DNA from: Candidatus Sumerlaeota bacterium
GTDB taxonomy: Bacteria > Sumerlaeota > Sumerlaeia > JAFGJS01
NCBI GenBank assembly: GCA_016928995.1
Contig: JAFGJS010000094.1
Location: forward strand, 311 to 64,310
Reading direction: 5' to 3'
Length of the DNA: 64,000 bases
The notes under the pieces were generated by a model. It saw only the letters and a list, made by a program, of their open reading frames with translations. It was not told where the DNA came from and ran no database searches. Each line of letters opens with the position of its first letter. The stretch's first letter is position 1. Position numbers and translations under genes: made by a program. Positions 53,761 to 63,518 of the stretch are shown here, one piece after another.

Positions 53761-55704
53761 TTATTCCTCTTGTGCGCCGGAGTAGTATTTGGCTGTGCGA
53801 AAGTTCAGTGTAAGCGGCAAACCTTCCAGCATGCGGCCCGCATCTGAACGAATGCGCCGGTCCAGCCGCACTGTGTAACTCGTGTCTTCCTCCCAATGCG
53901 TATGAAGACGGCAGACCGTCCAACCCGTGCCGGGATGAATGCTTATTTCGATGCGCGGTTTGACGCGCACATGCGGACGAATATCGAACATGCCCTCACG
54001 CAACGTGTCTGGATCCACTTTGCAGTTGAAATAAATCCGCAACGCCGAATCGCTTTCATCCAGCACAGCTTGCGCCGAATCCGATGCGGGCCAACTGGAA
54101 ATGACCGCCGGACCGCTCATGAAGAAACCAAACGCATAGTCTTCTTCCATGCCCAGACCGTCGAAATCCGCAGCTTCCTTGCCGATGGTGACGAGATAGC
54201 GCTGATTGAACTCCAGCGGAGGACGCGCCGATGCGCCGCCGTAAAGTTCGATATAGAGCAGGTCGAAATCGCTTTGCTCATGCTGTTTGCCGATGTAGGC
54301 GCGGAAACTCACATCCGGCTGGATCGTGATGCTGTTCAACACGCTGTCCGGCTGCATTTTCTTGCTGAAACGCACGAGCACCGGCACGCGCTCCGTCAGC
54401 AGCACGTCGCGCTCGCCGTTGCCGGGGCTGGTCGTCATCACGCGCGGCCGGTCGAAAATCCGCTCCAGCGTCACGGGTTCAAGTTCCAGCGCCTCTCCGG
54501 CTTCGAGCGCCAGATTGGTGAGTTGCAACGTTTGATATCCAGCCAGTTGGAAATTCATGGCGTACTGCCCCGCAGGCACGTTGTCGAAACGGAACTTGCC
54601 GCCTGTATCGGTCAGCGAGGTGTACGATGTGCCCAACAAGCCGACAATAATTCCCGACAAGTTCGAAGGATTATCCGACAATAAAACGCTGCCGAAGATC
54701 TTCCCCGGTCCATCCGCTTGTTCCTGTTCCGGCTTCAGCGTGATTTCCAGTCCCATCGCGCTTCGTTGCGACAAATCAAGACGGAATGGTTGACTCGCGA
54801 TGTACCCCGGCGCCCAGGCAAGCAAGGCGTATTCACCCGGCTCAATGCCAGTCAGGGTGAAATTCCCCGCCGCGTCCGGATGCTCCGCGTATTGCGTGTT
54901 TTCCAGCCCGATGATCGCCTTGCCCATCGCTTCTGGCGATGCGTCGCCGCCAAGCAATGCAAGCCTGCCCGTCACCGTGCGCAGCCCGTCGTCCGATTCG
55001 GCCGATTCGACTTCATCGCCGCCGTTTTCGCCGCTACGGGCGAGCATCAGCGCCGGTCCGGTTTCGATCATTCCCTCGCGCACTTCCAGCTCGCGCTGCT
55101 CATTCAAATAGCCCCGGCGCGAAAAGCGCAGCATGTACCGTCCCGGCAACATGTTGATGGAGCGATAGGAACCGTCTCTCATCGTGGCCAGACGTGTCAC
55201 GACGCGCCCTTTTTGATCGTACACGCTGACCATCACGCCTTCATGACTGTCTTGATCCTGAAGCATCGCCACGCCGCGAAAACCGCCCAATTCGGAGGCG
55301 CTCAGCGCCATATCCGGCTCAATCAGCCAGGTCTCCAATGCCACGGGAGAAACGGCGTCCTCCGCCAGCGTGAAGGATGTCAGTTGGGTGTCCTCCATGC
55401 CGAAGCGCTGCGCGTGCAGCATGTAGGTTTGACCGGCGCTCAGGTCATCCAACACGAACCGGCCATCCAGATCCGTCACGCAAAAATGCGGTGTGCCGGG
55501 GATATAGACCATCGTGCCTTGATGCGCCGGCTGCCCGGCGACGCGAACGTGCCCTGTGACTGCGATCAGTTTCGAACGAGCAGGAGGCAAACCCGGCTGT
55601 GCGCCTGAAGCTTGCGGGGCGGGTTTTTTACACCCGCCAAGCATCAGGATCGCCACAGCCCCCAGGGCCGCGCAAAGGCATGCTATGCGTCGAGTCGCCG
55701 TCAT
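53761..55704 (-). CDS. Lipoprotein with about 4 carboxypeptidase-regulatory-like beta-sandwiches and 2 Big_5-like Ig domains
   Basis: Lipobox LGGC; repeated TD..G.F....V..G.Y.L; PRVMTTSPGNG...VRFSKKM...S; AVISSWP...IYFN...DP.T. Confidence 0.8.
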   Translation of the reverse strand: MTATRRIACLCAALGAVAILMLGGCKKPAPQASGAQPGLPPARSKLIAVTGHVRVAGQPAHQGTMVYIPGTPHFCVTDLDGRFVLDDLSAGQTYMLHAQRFGMEDTQLTSFTLAEDAVSPVALETWLIEPDMALSASELGGFRGVAMLQDQDSHEGVMVSVYDQKGRVVTRLATMRDGSYRSINMLPGRYMLRFSRRGYLNEQRELEVREGMIETGPALMLARSGENGGDEVESAESDDGLRTVTGRLALLGGDASPEAMGKAIIGLENTQYAEHPDAAGNFTLTGIEPGEYALLAWAPGYIASQPFRLDLSQRSAMGLEITLKPEQEQADGPGKIFGSVLLSDNPSNLSGIIVGLLGTSYTSLTDTGGKFRFDNVPAGQYAMNFQLAGYQTLQLTNLALEAGEALELEPVTLERIFDRPRVMTTSPGNGERDVLLTERVPVLVRFSKKMQPDSVLNSITIQPDVSFRAYIGKQHEQSDFDLLYIELYGGASARPPLEFNQRYLVTIGKEAADFDGLGMEEDYAFGFFMSGPAVISSWPASDSAQAVLDESDSALRIYFNCKVDPDTLREGMFDIRPHVRVKPRIEISIHPGTGWTVCRLHTHWEEDTSYTVRLDRRIRSDAGRMLEGLPLTLNFRTAKYYSGAQEE

Positions 55705-55710
55705 TTGACG

Positions 55711-57693
55711 TTATTGCTCCGTCGCGGCCTGAGCGGCATCAGACTCGGCCCATTCGATTTGGATTTGCGGCATGATCTGATCCCGGACTTTCGGAATCAG
55801 CGATTCCAACTGGCTCCGCGCCATAATGTTCACCACACGCTCCTTCACGTCCTCGAACTTCTCGGATTCGCCAGGCGTTTTTTGCACCAGCCAGAGCAAA
55901 ATCAATTCGTCATCGAGCCACTGCGGGCCATATAAATAGCCGACGTTCAGCCCTGAAAGTTCGCGGCCCAAAGTCTCGCCGCGATAATTCGCTTCCACGT
56001 CCTTCAAGATTGCGCCGTGCAAGCCGCCTTGTTCCGGCTGCTCCACAAGTTCCTTGGCCTTTTTTTCCACAGCCTCTAACGAATTCAATTCCATCGCAAG
56101 CGTCCGCATCTCATCCAGCATGGCCTGCCGCTCACGTTCATGCGCATCCGCCGGGATCTTGCGGGAAATTTCAATGATATCGTAGCGATCCGGGACGTTG
56201 AAAACCTGCCGGTTTTTCTTGAAAAACTCTTGAGCCGCCGCGTCATCCGTCTCAAACAGCGCAATCGCGCGAGTCATTTCGTAATCGATATAGAGTAGAA
56301 AGTCATTCGCCAAACGCATGATTTCAGCATAGCGCGGACTATCCCAATAATCGTTGCGGTCCATATGCGCATTCAGTGCATGCTCCATCAGCATACGATT
56401 ACGGTAGATTAATTCCTTGCGCTGTTCCACCGCGCCGGGAACCTTGCCCTTCGAATCGTAACGTAAATCCTTCCATCGATATTGCAAATCGCCGAGTTCA
56501 GCTACAACAGTTTCAGGATCGTTGGTCTCCAAGGCCAACGCCTCCTCATTGAACTGAATGCCGGCGGCGGTCATCGCCTGCTGATAAAATTCCCTTTCAA
56601 CCTCTTGCTTGCGCAGGTTCAAGAGAATGGTGCGAATTTGCGGCGCCACTTGCTCGACGGAAGCCGATGTCGCTTTATTTTTCTGCACAACCTTGATGAT
56701 CTGATAGCCGTGCTTGGTTTCCAGAACGGCGCTCACTCCGCCCACGGGCAATTCCATCGCCGTATTGAAAATCACGTCCAACATCGGCGCGTCGCCCTGG
56801 GGGAACGGCCCCAGCACTTCGCCCTTGCGCTCGGATTCGGAATACTCACGCGCGAGCTTGCCGAAATCGCCGCCTTTGCCCAGCTGATCGACTTCCTGTT
56901 TGATCGATTCCATGCGCTTGCGCACTTCCGCCTTTTTCTCCGCGTTCATCGGAGCCAGCACGAGCATGCCCGAGGTCAGCGCAACGGCCTCCTTCACGCC
57001 CTCGCCGTCCGTATGCGGAACGGCTTCCTCCGCCAGCGTCTGGTGCGGCCGCTCCTTGCTGCGAATCAGTTCCTTCTTTTCCACGTCGCCGCTGATTTTC
57101 TCCGCGATCGACTCAAGTGTGTCGCCATCCTGCACCTTATATTCCTCATAGGTCATGAGAAAAATATTCTGGATGAAGAACTGCACGGGTTTGTTGTAAT
57201 CTTCACGGTGCTCTTCATAATATTTTTGAATTTCTTCGCCGTTCACGGCGCCCGCCAGCGCTTTCCGGCGAATTTCCTCGTTAAGCATCGCCCGCGGGAT
57301 GTACTTCATGAGCTGCGTTAAATAGAGCAATCGGTTGCGCGCGATGCTGCCCTGTAAATCGTAATCGGGATCATTCTTCGCCTTGATCGCCATCAGCTCG
57401 CGGTACGCATACTCCAGCGTCGCCGGTTTCAACGTCGTTTCGAAATCGCCGTTCAGGATTTCCTCGATTGATTTGCCGGGAACAAGCGGCTGCAACGCAT
57501 GCAAAATAACCAGGTCCGGCTTAATCAGATCCGCCATCTGATCCGCGACGGGATCATGCATGCGCGCGATAACCTCGCCGGAGGCTGTCCCCTCCTCCTG
57601 CGCATGAAGATTTCCAGCGGATAAAGTCAGCAATAGCGCGGCCAATAGCGCAGTTGCAGTCGTGCTCGAAAGCATCAGGTGTCTTCCACTCAT
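55711..57693 (-). CDS. Secreted parvulin-type peptidyl-prolyl isomerase/chaperone (SurA/PrsA-like) with an inserted LysM-like domain
   Basis: EEIQKYYEEH...GDFGKLAREYSE...GGVSAVLETKHGYQIIKV; a second degenerate parvulin domain; YKVQDGDTLESIA insert. Start MSGRHL at 57693 with AAAGGA RBS. Confidence 0.85.
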   Translation of the reverse strand: MSGRHLMLSSTTATALLAALLLTLSAGNLHAQEEGTASGEVIARMHDPVADQMADLIKPDLVILHALQPLVPGKSIEEILNGDFETTLKPATLEYAYRELMAIKAKNDPDYDLQGSIARNRLLYLTQLMKYIPRAMLNEEIRRKALAGAVNGEEIQKYYEEHREDYNKPVQFFIQNIFLMTYEEYKVQDGDTLESIAEKISGDVEKKELIRSKERPHQTLAEEAVPHTDGEGVKEAVALTSGMLVLAPMNAEKKAEVRKRMESIKQEVDQLGKGGDFGKLAREYSESERKGEVLGPFPQGDAPMLDVIFNTAMELPVGGVSAVLETKHGYQIIKVVQKNKATSASVEQVAPQIRTILLNLRKQEVEREFYQQAMTAAGIQFNEEALALETNDPETVVAELGDLQYRWKDLRYDSKGKVPGAVEQRKELIYRNRMLMEHALNAHMDRNDYWDSPRYAEIMRLANDFLLYIDYEMTRAIALFETDDAAAQEFFKKNRQVFNVPDRYDIIEISRKIPADAHERERQAMLDEMRTLAMELNSLEAVEKKAKELVEQPEQGGLHGAILKDVEANYRGETLGRELSGLNVGYLYGPQWLDDELILLWLVQKTPGESEKFEDVKERVVNIMARSQLESLIPKVRDQIMPQIQIEWAESDAAQAATEQ

Positions 57694-57853
57694 GCCCAAA
57701 CATCCTTTCTTGATCATGCGGCGGAGCGCTCCGCCAGGTTTGTTCTCGCGCCCGTGTGAATGCCTTATTCTTGATAAAAGAAACAGGCATGCAAGGGATT
57801 TCTGCCGTTTCATGCGCGTGAGGACGCATCTCAAATCTGTCCAGGTGTAACGC

Positions 57854-57988
57854 TTCTTGCTCTTGCTCTTGCTCATGATCTTGCTCTCAACCGGGCATGG
57901 ACTATGAATTCCAAACAGAAAACCTGAGAGCCGACACTACAGGCGAAAAATGCATGACAACGTTGCGATTTCGGAGCAAGAGCAAGAA
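57854..57988. repeat. Paired inverted 6-bp-period arms (CTTGCT)n ... (AGCAAG)n
   Basis: CTTGCT x3 CATGAT CTTGCT (57856-57885) and AGCAAG AGCAAG AA (57975-57988); ~90-bp spacer as at 24456. Confidence 0.8.
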
Positions 57989-58218
57989 TTGACATTGGCA
58001 AAGCCAAGACGCGCCCGGTGCATATTATAGACGCCTGCGGGTGATGGGATCGCTGAAACATCATCTGACTCGTTCATATTCCGCCAATACTTTTACATTT
58101 CAGCAAAGTCCATATTGATAGCATTGCCACGTAGAAAACAGTGTAAGGCGAATCAATGATTGAAAGACTGATGCGTTTATGGTAGCTCATTTGTTAAATA
58201 AATACGGAAAGGATCATA

Positions 58219-60087
58219 ATGAAACCGACATTCAGACTTGTGACATTAATCTCCTGCGCGATTCTATTTCATACCTCGTCCGCGCGGTGCGAGCGAGTCA
58301 TGGAACGGCTGGATCGTGGTGTCGTGGCCGTCAGGCAGGAAGCGCAGGGAACATATATTGGTTGGCGCCTGCTGGGCGCGGATTCTCCGGATGTGGCCTT
58401 TAACGTGTACCGGGATGGAGTCAAGTTAAACGAGACTCCCTTGCGGGATTCAACGAACTTCATCGATCCCAAAGGCGCGCCTGAGTCAAGCTACACCGTT
58501 CGCGCCGTCGTTGGAGGCAAGGAACTCGCAGACTCCAAGCCCGTCAAGGCATGGCCTCAGCAATATCTTGAAATCCCCCTGACTCCACCCACCAGCGGGG
58601 CGTTGCCCAGCGGAGAAGAATATAGTTATTCTCCGGGCGATGCGTCGGTTGGCGATCTGGACGGCGATGGCGAATATGAGATCGTATTGAAATGGGAAGG
58701 CGCCTCGCAAGACAGCGCCCGCGGCGGTTACACCAGCCCGGTGATCCTGGAAGGATTGAAATTGGACGGAACCTCGCTCTGGAAAATCAACCTGGGCCAC
58801 AATATCCGCGCCGGCGCGCACTATACGCAATTCATCGTTTACGACCTCGACTCGAACGGCAAGGCGGAGGTCGCCTGCCGCACCGCCGATGGCGCCTATG
58901 ACGGACGGGGCATGGTCATCGGCGATCCGTCGGCGGATTATCGCGACGAGGGCGGCCGCATCAACACAGGGCCGGAGTTCCTGACCATATTCGACGGCGA
59001 AACCGGCGTGGAACTGGCCAGCGCGCCGTATGAACCGGCTCGCGGCAATGTCATGGATTGGGGCGATGGATACGGCAACCGGTGCGATCGGCACCTGGCT
59101 TGCGTGGCGTATCTTGACGGCGAACGCCCCAGCCTGATCATGGGCCGCGGATATTACGGCGGCCAGGGCGGGAATAACGCAAAAAACGCCGTCTCCGCCT
59201 GGAACTGGCGTGACGGGCAACTGACCAACATCTGGAATTTCGTCGCGAACAACGAGCAAAATAAGGAGTATGTCGGACAGGGTTCGCACAGCATCGCCGC
59301 GGGCGACGTGGACGGCGACGGCAAGGACGAGATCATGTACGGCGCCTGCGCCATCGACGACAACGGCGCGGGACTGTACTCCACGCGTCTCGGCCACGGC
59401 GACGCGCACCATTTCGGCGATCTGGACCCGTCCCATCCGGGCTTGGAATTCTACATGCCGCACGAATACGCCAATGCTGGCGGCAGCCCCGGCGTCAGCT
59501 TTCGCGACGCGGGCACGGGCGAGGTGCTCTGGAGCATCCCTGTGGATCGGCGTGCGGACGTGGGTCGCGGCGTTGCGGCCGATATCTCTGCCGAACATCC
59601 TGGCGTGGAATGCTGGGCCGCCAAGGGGTTGGGCCTGTTCGACTGCAAAGGCGAAAACATCGGCCCGAAACCGTCGTCGATCAACTTTCTGATCTGGTGG
59701 GACGCCGATCCCCTGCGCGAACTCCTCGATGGCAATTGGATCGGCAAATTCGCTCCGGGCGAAGAGCACAACACGCGCATGCTGCTTGTCGCGGAAGAAT
59801 GCGAATCCAATAACTGGACCAAGGCGACTCCCTGCCTGAGCGCCGACATTCTCGGCGACTGGCGCGAGGAGGTGATCTGGCGTACGAAGGACAACGCCCA
59901 TCTGCGGATCTACACCACGACTGATTTGACCGGCATGCGCCTGCCCACGCTGATGCACGATCCGATTTACCGTATGAGCATCGCCTGGCAGAACGTCGCC
60001 TACAACCAGCCGCCGCACACCGGCTTCTTCCTCGGCGACGGCATGACGCCCCCGCCCTGGCCCAAGATCGTCTGTCCAGGAAAATAG
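58219..60087 (+). CDS. Rhamnogalacturonan lyase (PL11, YesW/YesX-like)
   Basis: MERLDRGVVAV, WRLLG, DASVGDLDGDGEYEIVLKW, NIRAGAHYTQF, GHGDAHH, ADILGDWREE, QNVAYNQPPH. Confidence 0.95.
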   Translation: MKPTFRLVTLISCAILFHTSSARCERVMERLDRGVVAVRQEAQGTYIGWRLLGADSPDVAFNVYRDGVKLNETPLRDSTNFIDPKGAPESSYTVRAVVGGKELADSKPVKAWPQQYLEIPLTPPTSGALPSGEEYSYSPGDASVGDLDGDGEYEIVLKWEGASQDSARGGYTSPVILEGLKLDGTSLWKINLGHNIRAGAHYTQFIVYDLDSNGKAEVACRTADGAYDGRGMVIGDPSADYRDEGGRINTGPEFLTIFDGETGVELASAPYEPARGNVMDWGDGYGNRCDRHLACVAYLDGERPSLIMGRGYYGGQGGNNAKNAVSAWNWRDGQLTNIWNFVANNEQNKEYVGQGSHSIAAGDVDGDGKDEIMYGACAIDDNGAGLYSTRLGHGDAHHFGDLDPSHPGLEFYMPHEYANAGGSPGVSFRDAGTGEVLWSIPVDRRADVGRGVAADISAEHPGVECWAAKGLGLFDCKGENIGPKPSSINFLIWWDADPLRELLDGNWIGKFAPGEEHNTRMLLVAEECESNNWTKATPCLSADILGDWREEVIWRTKDNAHLRIYTTTDLTGMRLPTLMHDPIYRMSIAWQNVAYNQPPHTGFFLGDGMTPPPWPKIVCPGK

Positions 60088-60091
60088 CGGC

Positions 60092-60141
60092 TTGACACCC
60101 TCCTCCTGTTAATGTATAGTCATACTATACATTAACAGGAG
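60092..60141 (+). promoter_or_regulatory. TA operon sigma70 promoter overlapped by a perfect 18-bp-arm inverted-repeat operator
   Basis: TTGACA (60092)-17 nt-TATAGT (60115); IR CTCCTGTTAATGTATAGT-CAT-ACTATACATTAACAGGAG (60103-60141). Confidence 0.85.
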
Positions 60142-60149
60142 CAATCGCC

Positions 60150-60386
60150 ATGAAAGCCAGCATCGTTGATTTGCGCTATAATATGCGCGACGTAATCAAG
60201 GCGCTTGATCGCAACGAGGATGTGACGATCCTCTATCGCGGCCGCCCCAAGGGCGTCATCAAGCCCCATGATTCCAACAGCGAAAAAAAAGTCGCCAAGC
60301 ATCCTTTTTTTAATATGAATCCCGGCGGCAATTCCGTGGAAGAACAGATGGAGCTCCTGCGGGGAGGGAGGCATCGTGATCTTTGA
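60150..60386 (+). CDS. Phd/YefM-type antitoxin
   Basis: MKASIVDLRYNMRDVIKALDRNEDVTILYRGRPKGVIKP; overlaps the PIN toxin gene. Confidence 0.88.
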   Translation: MKASIVDLRYNMRDVIKALDRNEDVTILYRGRPKGVIKPHDSNSEKKVAKHPFFNMNPGGNSVEEQMELLRGGRHRDL

Positions 60387-60753
60387 CACGGATGTCTTCA
60401 TCTGGATTCAGCGCGGCAATAAAAAAGCCGCGCGGCTGGTGGACCGGGAAGAAGAGCGCCTGCTTTCCGTGCAAAGTTACATGGAACTGCTGCAATGCGC
60501 GCAGGACAAGCGGCAGCATCAGCTCACGCGCGACTTCCTGCGCGATTTCGGCTTCCGTGTGCTGCCGCTGTCGGAAAACATCGGCCATCGCGCGGCGATT
60601 TACATTGAACAATTCACCCTCAGCCATAACCTGCGCGCCGGCGACGCCCTCATCGCCGCCACCGCTGCCGAGCTCAACCTCCCCCTCTGCACCAGCAACG
60701 CCAAACATTACCGATTTATTGAGGACATTCAGTTGAAAACTTTTAAACCATGA
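60376..60753 (+). CDS. vapC: VapC-family PIN-domain toxin
   Basis: MIFDTDVFI, SYMELL, DALIAATA, TSNAKHY. Confidence 0.92.
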   Translation: MIFDTDVFIWIQRGNKKAARLVDREEERLLSVQSYMELLQCAQDKRQHQLTRDFLRDFGFRVLPLSENIGHRAAIYIEQFTLSHNLRAGDALIAATAAELNLPLCTSNAKHYRFIEDIQLKTFKP

Positions 60754-61814
60754 ATGTTAAAAAATTGGTTATATTTATACGCACTGCTTGCAAGCAGCAT
60801 ATGTTATTTTTCCCTTACAAATGTTTCATAGAAATTCTATACAGGCATCTAAAGCTGCCTCTATTTCTACACCTTTATATAATTGTCCCATTTTCTTTTT
60901 TTCTAATCGTATTTCTAGGCTCAACATTCACCCTTCCTCCCGGACCTTTATGCGACGAGGGGATGGTGTTATTTATGGAAGGCGGATGCGACTATGGAAG
61001 AAGCAATGTTTTCTTTTTTGGGAAACTGGGAGCGATCCTGTGCCTGAATCTGTGTTTTCTCGTTTCCTGGAAACTGCAGATAAAAACATTTATCGGCTAC
61101 ATCCCTCTTATAGTCTTTCTTGTTATCACTGCGATTAATTCGTGGAGAGATGAAACAATTGGATACTACAGCCATCCCAACGGCAGCATGGGGCAGATGA
61201 TCCTTGAAGCATGCTCCTTTGCCGTGCTGGGCATTGCGATTGTGCAACGCTTTTCGCAAAGCATCCCGCGCCGATGGCCGCTGGCGATGTTGGTATGGAA
61301 CTTGTTTTACATGGTTGTGTTTTATTTCTGGCTGCTGATAGCCGATCATTGGACTTGGCTGCATACCGTATTGATTACAGCGACGCATCTGCTGCTTGCG
61401 AAATTCTTCTTTCATCAAACCATTCTCCACACATCCGCAACGTTCGATGCCGCCAAGGCCTATACGATTTTAGGCATTTGCGCCGGAGTATTATTGTTCG
61501 TAGGATACGGAACTTCCTATGCAGAGATTCATCGTTCTGGATCTCCGAAGTGGTTTTCATGGGTGACACTGGGGCTGTTCCTGGCGGCGTTGCCAAAGCT
61601 TTTTCTAATGATGCAATGCCGCATTAAAATGCCACGCTTAGGCCACAATTGGATGAATTGGGCCGATTATATCGCGATATCGTTTTTGCTCCCGAAAAAA
61701 ACACTGCGACGCATACCCAATCGCGATGAGATGAGAATGACCCCAGGATATGTGGAAGGAGATGCACTTGAGTGGATTGCCTATATTCAAAATTTGAATC
61801 TTGAACTCAAATAA
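60750..61814 (+). CDS. Hypothetical AT-rich polytopic membrane protein
   Basis: About 8 hydrophobic segments; ATGA overlap with the vapC stop; real start may be further downstream. Confidence 0.6.
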   Translation: MNVKKLVIFIRTACKQHMLFFPYKCFIEILYRHLKLPLFLHLYIIVPFSFFLIVFLGSTFTLPPGPLCDEGMVLFMEGGCDYGRSNVFFFGKLGAILCLNLCFLVSWKLQIKTFIGYIPLIVFLVITAINSWRDETIGYYSHPNGSMGQMILEACSFAVLGIAIVQRFSQSIPRRWPLAMLVWNLFYMVVFYFWLLIADHWTWLHTVLITATHLLLAKFFFHQTILHTSATFDAAKAYTILGICAGVLLFVGYGTSYAEIHRSGSPKWFSWVTLGLFLAALPKLFLMMQCRIKMPRLGHNWMNWADYIAISFLLPKKTLRRIPNRDEMRMTPGYVEGDALEWIAYIQNLNLELK

Positions 61815-61934
61815 TATCGCTCCTTTTCAAATCCCAATCATCCACTCCGGAAATTGCGCTTGATCTTGCGATTCCGATCCTTCATTTTTCCTCCTTAATT
61901 CAATTCGACACATTATCATTCAAGGCAGGGAATC

Positions 61935-63455
61935 ATGGCGAAGGTGCAGACGGCGATTACGCCCACGCGGGCGGAGGATTACGCGGAGTGGTATCAGCAG
62001 GTGATCAAGGCGGCCGACCTGGCCGAGACATCGCCCGTGCGCGGGTGCATGGTGATCAAACCGTGGGGCTATGCGCTGTGGGAAAATATCCAGCGCATCC
62101 TGGACGGCAAGTTCAAGGAGACCGGCCACCGCAACGCATACTTCCCGATCTTCATCCCGAAATCGTTCCTCGAAAAGGAAGCGGAGCACGTCGAGGGCTT
62201 CGCCAAGGAATGCGCGGTCGTCACGCATCACCGGCTGGAGCAGGACGCGGACGGCAAGCTGCATCCGGCGGGCGAACTGGAGGAGCCGCTGATCGTGCGG
62301 CCGACCAGCGAGACGATCATCGGCGCGATGTTCGCCAAGTGGGTGCAGAGCTATCGCGACCTGCCGCTGCTGATGAACCAGTGGGCGAACATCGTCCGCT
62401 GGGAGATGCGCACGCGCCTGTTCCTGCGCACGACGGAGTTCCTCTGGCAGGAGGGCCACACCGCGCACGCGACGCAGGATTGCGCAATGGAAGAGACGCG
62501 AATGATCCTCGACCTGTACGCGGACTTCGCGGAGAACTACCTGGCGATGCCGGTGATCAAGGGCGAGAAAAGCGAGGGGGAGCGCTTCCCCGGCGCGGTG
62601 AACACATACAGCATTGAGGCGATGATGCAGGACCGCAAGGCCCTGCAGGCGGGCACGTCGCACTTCCTGGGGCAAAACTTCGCGCGAGCGCAGGAGATCA
62701 AGTACCTCTCGGAGGAAGGCAAGGAGGAGTTCGCCTGGACCACGTCGTGGGGCGTTTCGACGCGGCTGATCGGTGGGCTGATCATGTCGCATGCGGACGA
62801 CGACGGATTGATCTGTCCTCCGCGCGTGGCGCCGGCGCACGTGGTGATTCTGCCCGTGCTGCACAAGGACGACGTAAAGGGCGAGGTGCTGGAATATTGC
62901 CGGAAGCTGACGGCGGAGCTGCGCGGCGTGATGTACGACGGACGGCCGGTTGTGGTGGAGCTGGACGACCGCGACATCCGCGGCGGCGAGAAAAACTGGG
63001 GCTGGGTGAAGAAGGGCGCGCCGCTGATCGTGGAGGTCGGTCCGCGCGACATCGCGAACGACTCGGTGTTCGTCGGCCGGCGCGACAAATCGCGCAAGGA
63101 GCGCTACGGCCAGTCGCGCGCGGAATTTGTCAGCACGCTGCCGGCCACGCTGGATGAGATTCAGAACAACCTGTTCAGCCGCGCGAAAGCCTATCGCGAT
63201 GAGCATACGCGCAAGATCGGCAACGAGGACGACTTCCGCGCGTTCTTCACGCCTGACAACGCGGAAAGACCGGAAATCCACGGCGGTTTCGCGCTGGCGC
63301 ATTTCTGCGGCGACGCGGAAATCGAAGATCAAATCGCGCGCGAACTGGGCGTCACGATCCGCTGCCTGCCGGTCGAGGGCGAAAAGGAGCCGGGGACGTG
63401 CATCTTCACCGGCAAACCCAGCGCGCAACGCGCAGTGTTCGGCAAGGCGTATTAA
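61935..63455 (+). CDS. proS: Proline--tRNA ligase (eukaryote/archaea-like type, no INS editing domain)
   Basis: DYAEWYQQV, VRGCMVIKPWGY, EHVEGFAKE, VRPTSET, QWANIVRWEMRTRLFLRTTEFLWQEGHT, QAGTSHFLGQNF, C-terminal FGKAY. Confidence 0.97.
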   Translation: MAKVQTAITPTRAEDYAEWYQQVIKAADLAETSPVRGCMVIKPWGYALWENIQRILDGKFKETGHRNAYFPIFIPKSFLEKEAEHVEGFAKECAVVTHHRLEQDADGKLHPAGELEEPLIVRPTSETIIGAMFAKWVQSYRDLPLLMNQWANIVRWEMRTRLFLRTTEFLWQEGHTAHATQDCAMEETRMILDLYADFAENYLAMPVIKGEKSEGERFPGAVNTYSIEAMMQDRKALQAGTSHFLGQNFARAQEIKYLSEEGKEEFAWTTSWGVSTRLIGGLIMSHADDDGLICPPRVAPAHVVILPVLHKDDVKGEVLEYCRKLTAELRGVMYDGRPVVVELDDRDIRGGEKNWGWVKKGAPLIVEVGPRDIANDSVFVGRRDKSRKERYGQSRAEFVSTLPATLDEIQNNLFSRAKAYRDEHTRKIGNEDDFRAFFTPDNAERPEIHGGFALAHFCGDAEIEDQIARELGVTIRCLPVEGEKEPGTCIFTGKPSAQRAVFGKAY

Positions 63456-63518
63456 ACCCATTCCCATCATGCAAACCTTAACTGAATATTGCATGTCATA
63501 CAGCGGAACTCGAAAGCG

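Noticed and set aside
57694-57876. N-terminal extension MSKSKSKKR... of the PPIase ORF
   Set aside because: Arises from the (AGCAAG)n arm; the RBS and signal peptide support a start at 57693.
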